Shown: piece by piece, positions 48,491 to 61,940 of the stretch | How the letters are laid out: each line of letters opens with the position of its first letter | Position numbering within the stretch: the stretch's first letter is position 1 | Assembly (NCBI GenBank): GCA_951406725.2 | Contig: OX597819.1 | Coordinates: 105,090,001 to 105,154,000 of the forward strand | Length of the DNA: 64,000 nucleotides | Direction: 5' to 3' | DNA from: Octopus vulgaris | Taxonomy: Eukaryota | Notes under the pieces: generated by a model | Told to the model about the DNA's origin: nothing | The model's database searches: none | What the model saw: the letters and a program-made list of their open reading frames with translations, nothing else | Translations under genes and position numbers: made by a program

Positions 48491-48794
48491 TATAATAATG
48501 ACAAGGACAGTAGTTTGGTAGGGTTGTTTGTGTTGAATAAAATTTCTTGTGGTATTCAGTTATAGCTATTTATATTCTGAGTTCAAATTCCACCAATGTT
48601 GTCTTTCATCCTTCTGAGATCGATAAAATGAAGTGCAAGTTGTGATGTTTATTAGAAATCAATTTCAAGAATTTTCTTTTAAAGCAGAGTAATTAAGGAA
48701 TCCAAGTGATATAAAGAGATATTCAAAGTGTTGCAGAAATATAGTCTACATAAGGTATTAATGCATATTATTTAGCATTTATATTAATATTGAT

Positions 48795-49125
48795 AGTGTG
48801 GGTGAGTGTGTTTGTGTGGTAATGAAGTGAGATGTGTGTGGTAATGGAAGTGTGTGGATGTGTGTGTATATATGTGGTAACAAAAGTGTATATGTATGTG
48901 GTGATGAAAGTGTGTGTGTGTGTGTAGTGATAAATGTACATGTGGGGATGGAAGTGTGTGTGGTTACAAAATTGTGTGTATGTGGCAGAAGTGTGTTTGT
49001 TTGTATCAATGAAGTGTTTGTGTTGTAATTGCTATATCCGTGTGTATGTGGTAATGAAAGCCTTTTTGTGTGCATATCAATGTTGTGTATGTGGTAATGA
49101 AGTACATTTGTGTATGTTGTGTTAA
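48795..49125. repeat. Degenerate GTGTGTGGTAATGAA minisatellite
   Basis: Recurrent TGTGGTAATGAAGT units interspersed with (GT)n. Confidence 0.8.
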
Positions 49126-50105
49126 TGGAGTGTGTATATCCAATGGAAACGGCATAGTGACTCATCTTTCATGCTTTAACCAAATGTATTCAGAGTAGAT
49201 TTTTAATGAACATGCTCGAAAAAAAAAAAAAAGAAAGAATGAGAGAAGTCCTATTCAAACTGATGTCTATCCCTTTTAATTCTCTACCTACATCATCATA
49301 CTATATTTATATTTTCAATACAAAGACTTAAGCACATTAGCACATTCCTGTAGATGAAGTTAAAAGTCTGCATATTTTTCTAGTGACTTCAAGCATTTAC
49401 ATATGTCATATTAACACTTTTAAAGAAATATCTAGTGAATATTTTAATCACTGTGTGTGTGTGTGTGTATAATAGGGTGTGGTGGAAGAGAGTTTAAGTA
49501 AAAGACCCAAATATGGTGGGGTATATGGTAGGGAGGAGAGTGATGAATCATTTCCAGATTTAAAGAATTTTGATTGAACTATGTCTTATTTTGGAAGACA
49601 TCCAAATTGTTTTAAAGATTACGTTCTCTGGCTTCATATTGTTTCAAGATTTACATATGCGTTGTTTCTGTTCATGGATCTTTCTATCTTTTAATTGTTT
49701 TAGTCATTGGATTGAGACCATGCTGGGGCACTGCCTTGAAGGGTTTAGTCAAACAAATTAACCCCAGTATTTACTTTTCTTTTAAGTTTGGTACTTATTG
49801 TATTGGCCGCTTTTGCTGAACCCCTAATTTACAAAGACACCAATAAACCAGCATTGGTTGTCAAGTGGGAGGTGGGGGAAGGACAAACACACGCACACAT
49901 GTACATTCAGGAAGCATTCCATATTTTTTAAATACACTATATAGTGGTTGACATTAGGAAGGGCATCTATCCCAGGAAACCATGCCAGAGCTGATATAGA
50001 GCACACGGCAGCCCTGCTGCTCAAGATCCTGTCTAATCATCCAACCTATGCCAGCATGAACAACAGTCATCAAATGATGATGATATATACATATATACAT
50101 ATATA

Positions 50106-50315
50106 TTGGGTTGGTGCATAATTATTGTGGGTTTTTTTCAACAAATTTTATTCCACAATAACAATAACAATATTTAACAAAAGCAGTAATTGCAGTAGAT
50201 GGTGAATATGCTCGGGAATAATTATTTAAAGATGTTTTTGTTATATGTTGCTATTGTTTTTGTTGAATAAAATTTGTTGAAAAAACAAAGCCGCAGTAAT
50301 TATGCACTAACCCAA
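50106..50315. mobile_element. Mariner-derived MITE (Made1/Hsmar1-like ends), almost wholly palindromic
   Basis: TA|TTGGGTTGGTGCATAATTA ... TAATTATGCACTAACCCAA|TA with ~80-bp arms. The centre keeps a transposase-end remnant (IAVDGEYARE*). Confidence 0.8.
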
Positions 50316-50320
50316 TAAAT

Positions 50321-50820
50321 CATCATCATCATCGTTTAACGTCTGTTTTCCATGCTGGCATGGGTTGGATGGTTTGACTGAGGCTGCACCAGGCTCAATC
50401 TGATCTGGCAAAGTTTCTACAGCTAGATGCCCTTCCTAATGCCAACCACTCCGAGAGTGTAGTGGGTGCTTTTATGTGCCACCGGCATGAGGGCCAGTCA
50501 AGTGATTCTGGCAGCAACCACTCTCAAAGGTGTTTTTTACGTGCTACCTGCACGGGAGCCAGTCCGACGGCACTGGCAACGACCACGCTTGAATGTTGCT
50601 TTTCACGTGCCACCGGCACATGTCCTAGTAAGGCGACGCTGGTAACGATCATGCTCGAATGGTGCTTTTTATGTGCCACCGGCATGGGAGCAAATCCATG
50701 GCCCTGGCAACAATCACACTTAGATTTGCTTTTAACATTCCACTGGCACGAGGGGCACTCATAAGTGGGCTGGTTACACCCCACACTTGGATGTGCTTTT
50801 AATGTTCCACTGGCACGAGT
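50321..50820 (-). mobile_element. RTE 3'UTR copy with tandem hairpin units
   Basis: Colinear with 16040-16590. Confidence 0.8.
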
Positions 50821-53530
50821 GCCTATATATATATATATATATAATGTGCTTCAACAGTTTTTATCTACCAAATTCACACACAAGGCATTAGTCAGTTCAG
50901 AGCTATAGTAGATGACACGTAATCAGGGTGCCATGCAGTGGGACTGAATTCGAAACAATGTTGTTATAATGCTAGCTTCCTAATCACACAGTTATGTCTG
51001 TGCTTATTATTAAAATTCTTTGAGCTGGTAATTCAACTCCTGCTTCTGAAGAATTAGTGGATAAAAAAAATATCTAATTTCTTCAAGTAATTTTCCCCAA
51101 AATGTCTGCTATATACTCTAAAATATACAATGTTTCATTAGCATCCAACAACTTCTTTTTGCAATGGCCTTCTCAGTTTTTTACATTTGTCCATGGCCCA
51201 GACATTTAGATCGTATTCCTTTTTTTTATTCGCTTGTTCATTTTAGGTCTTTTTTTATATTTGTCTGTACTGGTGCAAGCTGGTTGGATACTTATTTGAG
51301 GCATTATTTTTAAGCCTGGATTCTATTCTTGTCATCAAGTCTTTCATGTAATGAATATTTTATTGCACTATTTTGGAACTGCAGAGCAGTGGAATGTTGG
51401 TGTTGACTGAGAATGAAAACACAACCACACCAACTTTTGCTCAGTTGATTTCATATGGGAAGTGTAAATTACAACTTTCATGTACACACGCATATGTGCA
51501 AATACACACACATATTGCACAATGGGCCTCCATGCAGTTCTGTTACTAGTTACACCTAAAAAGCACTGGTTGGGCCAAGTAGTTGTAAAAGACTCTTGCC
51601 CATGAAGGTGCTACACAGTGGGACTGTGATTGTAGAGTAAAATTTCTTAACCACATGACAATTCCTGTACCTGTGGCTATATCTGCAAAAGATATCTTAT
51701 TTCCTTTGGCAATCATGACACAAAAAAACTGTCTAAAATCTATCAGCTGCTCACCCATAGATAAGTTAAAAAGTGGAAAATTTTTAGGAAAAGTTTGATG
51801 TTCAGAGAGAACACCTAAGCAACCCACTTGTGGTCTGCAACCCAGCTGTTACAGATGTCAGGATTGCATAATACACTGTGCTGACTACATTCAACATTTA
51901 ATTTCACATATTGGGAAACTTTTTTTTTTTTCACTTAAGACAGAAAAGCTTGCAGCTATGTCTGGGTGGTTAAGAAATTCACTTCACAAATGTGTCCTTC
52001 CAAGTTTAATTTCATTGTGAGTAACCTTGTGAGTGAAATTTGGTAGATGAAAACTATGTGGAAGCTTATTTGAGGGACTGTTTTTGTTGTTGGGTGGGTA
52101 GATTTAATTTGTTGCCTGGTTTAACACATCCATCTAGCACACTGGGTACATTTAATAGAGCCCATTCTGCTGCAGCATTTATGAGGATAATGTTCTTCCT
52201 CCCACCAAACTTGGATGCCCTAATAAAGGATCACAGGTAAAAAATTTGAACTCTTGACCATGCTGGTGACATGTAAATAAAACACTCACTACACTCTATA
52301 AAGATGTTGCTATTAGGAAGGGCATCCAACTGTAGAAACCAAGCTAAAACAGATGACAGGAGCCTGGTGCAGCTCTCTGACTTATCATTCCAACCAAACT
52401 GTCTAATTCATGCAGCATGGAAAACAGATGGTAAATGATGGTGATGATGATGATGATGACCTGGATTATTTACTCTGTCATTTTTCGATTTGTGTAGGTT
52501 CAGATATAACTGTATTGTTACAAAATCTGCTTTGAAGCTACATAATTTCAGGTTTAGTCCCACTGTACTGCATCTTGGGTAAGTATCTTCTGCTCTGACC
52601 CCAGGCCAGCCAGAACCTTGTGAGTGAATTTGATAGATGGAAACAGCTTAGTTGTCTGGACTGATTATAATTAGACATGATGGCCATTAATATACTACTA
52701 TGAACTGTAATATGTACACTGCTTACCTACTTAACACCTAATTCAGACTAAGAAACAGAATGACTGGATCAAGAGTAAGCGGGGCATGCCTTGATAGGGT
52801 AGTAGGTAGCCAATAAGTAGAAATGATTTATAGAGAGATAAGCAACTGGTTAGTTTTATCAGTAAAAAAAATTAGGTATGTTAAGTTTGATATATTATTT
52901 TGAAAGTGGGTAGATTAGGTACATATGAAGTATATGGGGACAAAGATTATGTGAGCTGGCTGATTAAGATAGTTTACCAGAGGATAGATCTATGAGACTT
53001 TGTTGCTTACCTATTATTAAAAAAAGCTAACTGGAGATAGTAGGTAAGGTAAACCATTAGCCTGAAGTCATTAGTGCAAGTATTTTCTTGAGGTGAGGTG
53101 AACAGAAATAATCCTGAAAATTAAGGAATGTTTAGGGTTTTGTGTTAAGTACCGCTGTTAAACCTTTTAAGTTGTTAAGAGTGTACACATGTGTGTGTGT
53201 ATGCGTGCACACACACACACATACACACTGATGCACTACACATGTATACATATATTTATATATACAGTAAAACCTTGAGGTACAAGTGCACCATTGTATG
53301 AATAATTTGCTGTATGAGCCAAGGTTTGTGCAAATTTTTGTCTTGAAGAACAAGTGGAAATTTGCAATATGAGTGAGCTTCATACAAGTGTCTTTCACGT
53401 GTGTGTGCATGTATGTGTACAAGTATGTATGTATGACTGAAACTCATTCACGACTACCATTTGATGTCAAAGCAATGAGACAAGTATACGTGCAATAGCA
53501 TTCACAGACATACATGCATAAATACATGCA

Positions 53531-53577
<47 letters not shown>

Positions 53578-54948
53578 CTGGTTTCTTTCAGTTTCTGTTT
53601 GCCAAGTCCACTTGTATATAAGCAGTTGTTTGTTTCCAGTCTTCTGTGAAAACATATCTGGACATGAGAAAAGATTTCCTTGCTTGGAAATAAGGGAAAG
53701 TTGGTGATAGGAAGAGCATCCAACTATTGATAATCTGCCTGTGAATGTCATCTGACCAGTGCAAGCATGGTAAAGTAGACATTCAAAAACAATAACGATG
53801 ATGTTGATGGCTTTATTATGTTTCAGAATGTTATCATTGTTGCTGTTAAGGTGGCAAGCACAATGGATAAATGTTTAGCATTTAGTCAGTCTTCACATTC
53901 TGAGTTGAAATTTTGCTGAGGTCAACATTGCCTTTCATCCTTTTAGGGCCCCGATAAAGCAAGAACCAGTTGAGCACTGCGGTCGACGTAATTGGCTACC
54001 CCACCCTGCCGAAATTTCAGGCCTTGTCCCTATAGTAGAAAGGGTTGTTGTTGTTAAGCGAAACATTAAAATCTAATGTAATGGATTATTGTAGATTATA
54101 TACTCTTGTAGTAGTTGTTTTATACATACTTGAGTTTGAAGTCAATTTAGGTGCCCAAATCATGATGTGTATTATACATGTTACTATATTATATATGGAT
54201 TTTTGTTGTATATAGTTTGAGAAATTGAAGTCACATAAAGTCAGTTATTAACAGTTTATCTTGTTAGCTATTTAATGATAATGATATCAATCATACAGTA
54301 TTGAGTATCCTTGTCTCAACCAGTTCTGCCCTACCCTCACTGTATCTAAGTGTTTTTCTTTGAACTAATCTGTTTTGATAACTTCAAGTATGTCACCTGT
54401 GTTATCTGAACACCGTATTGATAGCAAATAACAACAGTTTTTTTCCATGTGTTCCTTCTCACAGTTATATATTTTTCTTTTTGTTTGTTTGCTGTTGGTT
54501 TATAGTCACAGGTCATTTATGATCCAGAAAACTTATGATCATAAGCATTCCAGTTGTGACCATCCACCCACTCTGTCTTAGATATCTAGGGCTACATTAC
54601 ACTGGTCTGTAAACAATTTCAAAGTGAAGGCAGTTTTTAGGCTAATTTTAATGGAAAGGCACTGATTCCAAATAAATCATCAGATTTTGTGTACCATATC
54701 AACTTTAATTACTAAGCACCATAGGACAGGAATATAAAACTATCTACTTTTGGCATTTTAAGAAAATTACGGATAGTATTAATTCTTTGTTTCAGACCAT
54801 TTTATTTCATCTGAAATTGAAGTAGTTTCTACAAAATATTTTTAAAGATAAAAGTCAAGTTAATTTCTTACATTGCCTATAATAATACCACACTCACCTA
54901 GTTACCATATTACAGTGAAAGAGTCCAAGAGCAACCTTGTAAGATCAA

Positions 54949-55166
54949 CCCTTTAGCATTCAGCTTTCTCTGTCAAATATAATGCTTATTTATTCACATT
55001 TTATATAATTGATCATGTATTATCTCAGCTTAGAGACATCAAAGATGTGATTGTTTATTTTTAGAATGACATTGTAGTGTAGGTGTGAGATGCTGAATCT
55101 GGTCAGTTTGAACATATAACAGGTAGAATATTTGGGCCAGATATGGCCAGTTTAAATGCTAAAGAG
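54949..55166. mobile_element. TTAA-flanked MITE, same family as 4286-4502 in opposite orientation
   Basis: TCAA|CCCTTTAGCATT ... AATGCTAAAGAG|TTAA; the body is the reverse complement of 4286-4502. Confidence 0.72.
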
Positions 55167-57099
55167 TTAAGGATCTTTCTAGATTTGGTAGAAGGGAAGG
55201 GAGCAAATTGATCACATCCATGTTCAACTGGTGCTTATTTTTTCGACCCCAAAAGGATGAAAGGCAGAGTCAACTGTAGCAGCATTTGAAGCTAATGATA
55301 GAGACAAATACCTACATCATCACCATAAAGCATACAGGACATTATAGTGCAAAAAAAAAAGCATTTTCCTGATTAACTTTTGAAAACGGAGAGAGTATCT
55401 GCCCTAGGTTCTTAAGATACAGGTAACAATTGTTATAACCTGAGAAAGGCTCTAAAGGAGGTAAACTCTTCTTTATGAAGAATAGCCTGTAACTTTGAAA
55501 AGTCTTGGCAGTGGGACTACAAACAGATAATTTTCCTAGGTTTACTTGTATACAATGCTAATCTAGGATAGTGCTTTATTGTTAAGCACAGGCACTTTCT
55601 CATTTATTCCAGCATTAGCTTGTTGTATCTTCATGTAGTCTCAAGCCCAAGGAAAATTTTTATTCTATATTTCTGGTTTGTTTGTCATTACCAAGTCAAA
55701 GTTGTAATCTAATATTATTAATACTAGAAAGTGTATGAAGTATCAGCACAACCCAGATATCTTGTGTTATATTTGTGCAGTGGCAACTTGAGACAGAATT
55801 TTGTCTGAAGTGCATATTTCATGTATTTTGGAGTAAAATTGGGTAATCAAGACACTCTATGGGTTTCTCCTTCTGTTAGCTGAAACTGTGTTGTATTTAA
55901 TGCAATGCCTTAGCAATGATGTTGTTTTACACTGTGTAAACATTGTTGAGACATATGAGAAGACCTAACCGCATACAATATGCACTCAAAATGTGTGCAC
56001 CCCACTATACACAACTGGTTTCTATACAATTTTGGTCGACCAGTTTAACTTGCAAGCCATTGGTCTGCTTGGGGCTATAATAGACATTTGCCCATATTAC
56101 TATCCTGTGAGAATGAACCCAAAATTATGTGTTTGCAAAACTGACTTTTTAACCATATAGTCATATCCTATGCTTGACTATTACTGACTTGTGAAGTTAT
56201 CAAGCAGTGTCTGTAATGTGTATGACAGATCCAGAGTATCTGTTACTTGTAGGACATATCTCAAGCTTCTGTTATATATACAACTGATCTGGTTATTGGC
56301 CAAGTTTATCATGAAGATTCCTCTCCTGTCTTCCTTTGACAGTGTTTGTCTTGGCTATGGTGGACAAAATTGAGAGGATGAAGGCTAAATTTTCATCATA
56401 TTTTTCAAGTGCCTTTTTTTTTAAGAGTAAAGAGGGAAATGTTGCTCTTCTGAAAACTTGCTGACAAATGGAAGAGAATGGCATGAATGGTCAGTGGAAG
56501 TGAACTGTTCTGAAAATATGCTTGTAGGTTTGTGAGTTGAATTTTGGAAGGGTCACTTGCCTTGTTAATTAAGCTAGTCTGTTTTGTAAAGGAGTTTTCT
56601 TAACTGGCCCTAGGTAGGTGACCCCTTTTGGGATACACACTCACTTTTATATAATGATGGAGCTACATAAGATGTGCAGCTAGTACACTCTGTAAAGTGG
56701 TTGGTATAAGGAAGGGTACTCACCCTTAGAAACCAAAGAAGAAACAAATGGTGAGATGTTGGCCTCCAACCCATCTTGCTGAGTAGTACCTCAGAATAGG
56801 TGCTGATTCTGGCTATGATAATTCATGACAACATGGAAAACAGAGGTAAAATTGTGGTGATGATATATTTTCAGTTATGAAATTGACATCAATGGTTTCA
56901 TACAACTGATATATCAGCCACTCACAAAATATTGATCAGCCAAAGACTATAATAGAAGTCATTTGTTTATAGTGCTGTATTGCTGGAATGAACCCAAAAT
57001 TTGCAGTCGTAAAATTAACATTTCAACCATAAAACCATACACCTGAATATTGCTTGTTGTGTGTAGGACAGATCCAGAGCATCTCTAACTTGTGGGATA

Positions 57100-58155
57100 G
57101 TACTATATTTTATTGACCCGGAAAGGATGAACGGCAAAGTTGATCACAGCAGAATTTTGACTCAGAATGTAAAGAGCCTGAAGAAATACTGCAAGGCATT
57201 TTGTCCAATGTTCTAACAAATCTGTCGATCCAACACCCCGAGAAGGTCATAAAATATGCAGACTTGAGAATAAATGTTGAGAGAATGTGGAATATGAAAG
57301 CAACATCTGGAAAAAATTCTATTAATCATTTTGTTTGATATGCTAGCAATTCTGCCAACTCCATTACCTTAATAATAATGATAATAATATTATTTATAAT
57401 GGCTTCAAATTTTGGTGTAAAGCCAGCAATATTTAGAGGAAGGAATAAGTCAATTGCATTAACCCCAGTACTTGACTGGTACTTTACTTTATGACCCTGT
57501 AAAGATGAAAGGCAAATTTGATCTCTGCAGAATTTGAACTTAGAATGTAAAGCACCGGAAAAATGCTGGTAAGTATTTCATCCAATACAGAAACAAGTCT
57601 GACAGCTTGACACTTTATTATTATTATTATTAATAATAATAATAATAATAATAACCATAATAATAATAATAATAATAATAATAATAGTAACCATAATAAT
57701 AATAATCTTCCCTGCTCTAGACACAAGGCCTGAATTTTTTTTGTGGGGAGGGGACTACATTAGTTGATTACATTAACCCCAGTACTTGACTTGAACTTAT
57801 TTCTTTGACCCCGAAAGAGTGAAAAGTGAGGTCAACCTCAGCAGAATTTGAATCCAGACCATAAAACCAGAAGAAATGTCACTAAGCATTTTGTTTGGTG
57901 TACTAATGATTCTGCCAGCTTACCATCTTTTATAATGATAATAATAATAACTGTTTCTACTATAGGTATAAGGCCTGGAGGTCTGTGGCGAGGGGCTGGT
58001 CAGTTACACGTTGACTGATAATTGTTTTTACAACCCCAAAAATATGAAAGGGCAAAGTTGATCTTGGTGGAATTTGAACTCAGAACATAAGGTTGGCAGA
58101 AATGTTGCTAAGCATTTAGTCTGGTGTGTTAATGATTCTGCCAGCTCACTACCTT
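57100..58155 (-). mobile_element. Four head-to-tail copies of the second SINE family separated by (TAA)n
   Basis: Repeated GACCCCGAAAGGATGAAAGGCAAAG...GAATTTGAACTCAGAA...GATTCTGCCAGCT blocks. Confidence 0.75.
57616..57706. repeat. (TTA)n switching to (TAA)n microsatellite
   Basis: Directly visible. Confidence 0.9.
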
Positions 58156-58918
58156 AATAATAATTATTATTATTATTATTATTATTATGTTTTCTTTATT
58201 AATCACTAAGGGTTCACAAGTAACATTGGGTACAGTGCAAAATAATACAATGTGGGGTTTATGAAAGGCGTGTAAAAAATAAAAAAAACTAGAAAAATAT
58301 TAATTTTAACAATGAATGATTCCCCAAATGAGGAAGAGTTCCTAAGGCTGCTTGTGGAAACCCCACAAAATCGCGGAGGTCCTTACCACTAGGGCAAGTG
58401 CCCTCTCCACATTGTCTACAGGTGCATGTTTTGAGTAGGTCTGTTCACTCGAACCATTCTTACCCCACATTCACCCACCTTTTAGCAAATTTGCTGGTGG
58501 GTGGGGGGAGCACATTCCTCTCTCCCTTCACTTTCCTTTTCAAGTGAAACTTGAAAAAGTTAATGAGGGTTTGGCCACCACACAACCTCTTTCGCTAAGG
58601 TCAAATGACAAAGAAACATTGCCTGTCCTTCCCAGTCAAAGAAAGACAGTGGAAAGATCTTCACAAGGGACTCTCTCATTATTTTTGATATTATTAATAT
58701 TGCATACAGGTAGGAGAGTAAAAGAAATAGTTGTGTGCCAGGTTTAATTCCTTGTGTAGTTTATGTTAGAAAAATCAGTTCCGTCTATGTACTTGTGTAC
58801 TGGGGTTGGTGTGGGGGAATTTCAAAGGACAGAACTTTTTCCTTTCTCTGTACTTTTGTTTGCCTCATGCATATGTGAAAAGATTAATGTTAATGATTTT
58901 TGCTATTATTAATTTCAG

Positions 58919-59280
58919 GGTATTGGAGAATTGGAGTGGCAACGTGACCATGGATTACCTGGGGATAGACAAGATGGCGCACTGTCCCCAAGCAAGAACA
59001 TTAATCGCAACAATGCATTTCACCATAAGGAAAGGTTACTGGTGGAGGGTAACATTATTATTGAACCACAACTTGTGATGGACACAACAGGTAGTGTTGT
59101 AAACATACAACAAATGGACAGTTCAGGTAAAGTGCACTGGAGTCAGTTTGATGCTGATAAATACATTGCCAAAAAGGCACTGAAACCAGGAGAGGACAGC
59201 TATGCTAGGAACAAATTTAATCAAGCTGCAAGTGATAACGTCAAGATGACAAGGGATCTACCAGATGACCGAAATTATCA
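58919..59280 (+). CDS. GALNT2: GALNT2-like coding exon 2 (stem region and entry to the catalytic domain)
   Basis: Acceptor TTTCAG|G at 58918/58919 is phase 0, matching exon 1. The open frame reads GIGELEWQ...GKVHWSQFDADKYIAKKALKPGEDSYARNKFNQAASDNVKMTRDLPDDRNYQ, similar to GALNT2 GKVRWPDFNQEAY...GQDPYARNKFNQVESD..MDRAIPDTR. Donor CA|GTAAGT at 59280/59281, phase 2. Confidence 0.92.
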
Positions 59281-60129
59281 GTAAGTTAACATTGTTTTTT
59301 CTCTCGTCGTACTAGAGCAGCGAAAGAGGAGAATTTTTCTCTTGTCGTACTAGAGCAGTGAAAGAGGAGAAAAATGGAGTGTGTTATGTTCTGAGTTTAC
59401 AGTTTTGATGAGGTTGAGTTTTTGCGGGTCAACATCAACAGGAAAGACCTGAGCATAACACTAAAGAGAAAGGCTAGTTTTTGGGAGGTGGTCCTAGTTT
59501 TATTAAGTGTTGTGCTTTCATCAGGACAGATACTTGGTGATTTGTAGAGTTTCAAAACAAAGAAATATCTTATGGCACCTATTCATTTCTTTTTACTCTC
59601 TCAATTTAAATCCTGCTGGAATGAACTTTAAACCTTCATCTTTCGATATTGATAAAATATGTACCATTCAAGTAAAGATTGTGTCACAATGACAAGCCTT
59701 CCCCTTCACAGCCAGAAAATACTTCAGCCCCTCAACAACTACTAACACTTTACAAAGTTGAAGTGAGACACACAATGAGGTACTGTTCCAGATAGTGCTG
59801 CTACTACACATTCAGAGATCTTAGACTGTTCTCCACCCCCACCAAAATATAAAGCTACTCAACTGATTGGCATCAAGTTACAATCTCTGGGCTACAGATG
59901 TCTCCTCACTTTGCTGCCACTACTGCAGTGGCTCTACAGAAATGGCTACAGTGTGCCAACCTTACTGAGGCTTTGATTTCATATCCAGCTGTCGTTGGTT
60001 TTTGTTTTTCATCTCTTTGAGGGCTGTTCAATTAATTACCAATCAAGTACAAAGTTTGATTGAATCAGCCATATTTATCATTATTTTACATCTACTTTCC
60101 ACCTTTCATCATACTTATGGCACTGCCTA

Positions 60130-60670
60130 TCAGCCAAGTCTATTGTGAAAAATTGACATGCTACCTTTTTTTGGGAAAGAAATACAGCCAGTCTTGGCAG
60201 TCGCAAAAGAAGTAGTGTGGTGAACTTTTCTGAAAGGTTTAAAGGCAGGCATTTTCTTGTTTATCCAAGCTCTTATCAACTTCTTTAAGTGTCACTTAAA
60301 GAGAAAGGTGAGGGTTAAGAAGATGGTACTGCTTTCTTGTGTGTTTAATGAAAGGTGAGTGAGAGTGGCAACAGATGATGTTGAATGGGTCTACTCAGAG
60401 TATGCTTTCCTGAGTAGGAGGAAAGAAACTGGGAGATGGCCTTTTTAATGCCTTGAATGTGGTAAAATAAGACCTTCATGTGGGATTTTCCCTGAATTAT
60501 CTTTGGTTTTCTCCACTATTAGGGAATTTTGTTGTTGAAATTTTTGTTTTTATATCTTGTTGACTTCTTTTAACTTGTTGTAACCCCCCACTTTTGTATG
60601 TTTGTATTTTGTCTTCATATTAGTCTCTATGTCTTGGGTCTTTGTGGCCAATAAAAGAAACTATTATTAT
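60130..60670 (+). mobile_element. LINE 3' end (L1/Tx1-like); inverted relative at ~58190-58620
   Basis: LINFFKCHLKRKVRV remnant; ends CCAATAAAAGAAA plus (TTA)n. The 58190-58620 segment shows related sequence on the minus strand. Confidence 0.45.
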
Positions 60671-61559
60671 TTTAAGAAGCCTGTTACTATATGGGCAGTG
60701 TTGATGTTATGTACTTTTTTGTCAACAAATTTGCTTGCTTTGCATCTTTCAAACGACATGTAATAAGAGATCCCTTACTTGAATAACAGATAAAGGTTAG
60801 CAATAGGAATGACATCTGCTGCAAAACAAATGTCTCATTATCATATTGATCTAATCCATGCAAGCATGGGGAAACTGGCATGGAAATGAACAACTATGTG
60901 TGTAAATGTTGGTATTTTGTTTATCACTGTTTTGAGCAAAACTGATGTTTACATTCCATGTTGACAAAGTGACTTGTCACTTTGTGTTTCCACTGACTTA
61001 TGGAATCTGAAACCCCTTTACCTGAAAAACGGATGAGGGTTGGTGACAGGAAGAGCATCCAGCAGTGAAATTCTGCTTCAAAATCAATTTCTATCTGAGC
61101 CATACTAAGTATACAAAAATGGGCATTACACGAATAAACAAATGAATAAGTCATTCCAACAGGCTTCCCCATGGTTTCCCTCTACTCAGTTTCATTTACA
61201 AGGGTCGGATTGACCCAAGTCTACCATGACACTTCAGTGGAATCAAACCTGGAATGACATGATTGTAAAAGAAAAAGGTATGTGATGTGTACAACTCACA
61301 CACATACAGACACAAGCACCACACACGCACACACACACATACATAACTACACATATAGGCTGAGGTAACAGTTAAATACTCAAGATACAGTTTACTTGGT
61401 TTGTTTAAGACATTAACCTCTATACTTATCTTTACATAATCTCTATATTTAATGTTAATCATCTGAATCTGCTCTATAAAATCCCCTAAATTAATTTTTC
61501 CTTCTTAAATTGCCTCAACTTCCTTCCCTTTTGCCTCCTACTCTTGCCCTTCCCCTTCT

Positions 61560-61940
61560 TAATCATCACCTCAACATCACCACAACATTACTCCATCAAC
61601 CCCCATCATATACCCCATCAGCTATAAACCATTGCTGCTGTTATCACATTCATTATCAATACCACCCTCTTCTACACCTCCTGTTATCTCATTTGTTATT
61701 ATCATCACTACCACCACTATACTTGCCATTCTCCACCTCACTCATTATCACCACCACCACCGACACCACTACTACCACCTCCTTTGCTATCACTACTGCT
61801 GTCACCATATTATCACCACCACCACCACCTTTACTGCTATTTTCACTACCACCATGGTCACATACATCACCACTATCTTGACTATTAACAAACATTACAA
61901 CTGCTATCATGATCACCACTGCAGACATCATCATCATCTG
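61560..61940. repeat. Degenerate (CAC/CAT/TAC)n low-complexity tract
   Basis: Directly visible; explains the His/Thr/Pro-rich ORFs. Confidence 0.85.

Larger units (their letters stand above)
20675..58918 (+). other. GALNT2 intron 1, 38,244 nt (GT-AG)
   Basis: Lies between the phase-compatible donor and acceptor above. No convincing intervening coding exon was seen, but a small one cannot be excluded. Confidence 0.75.
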
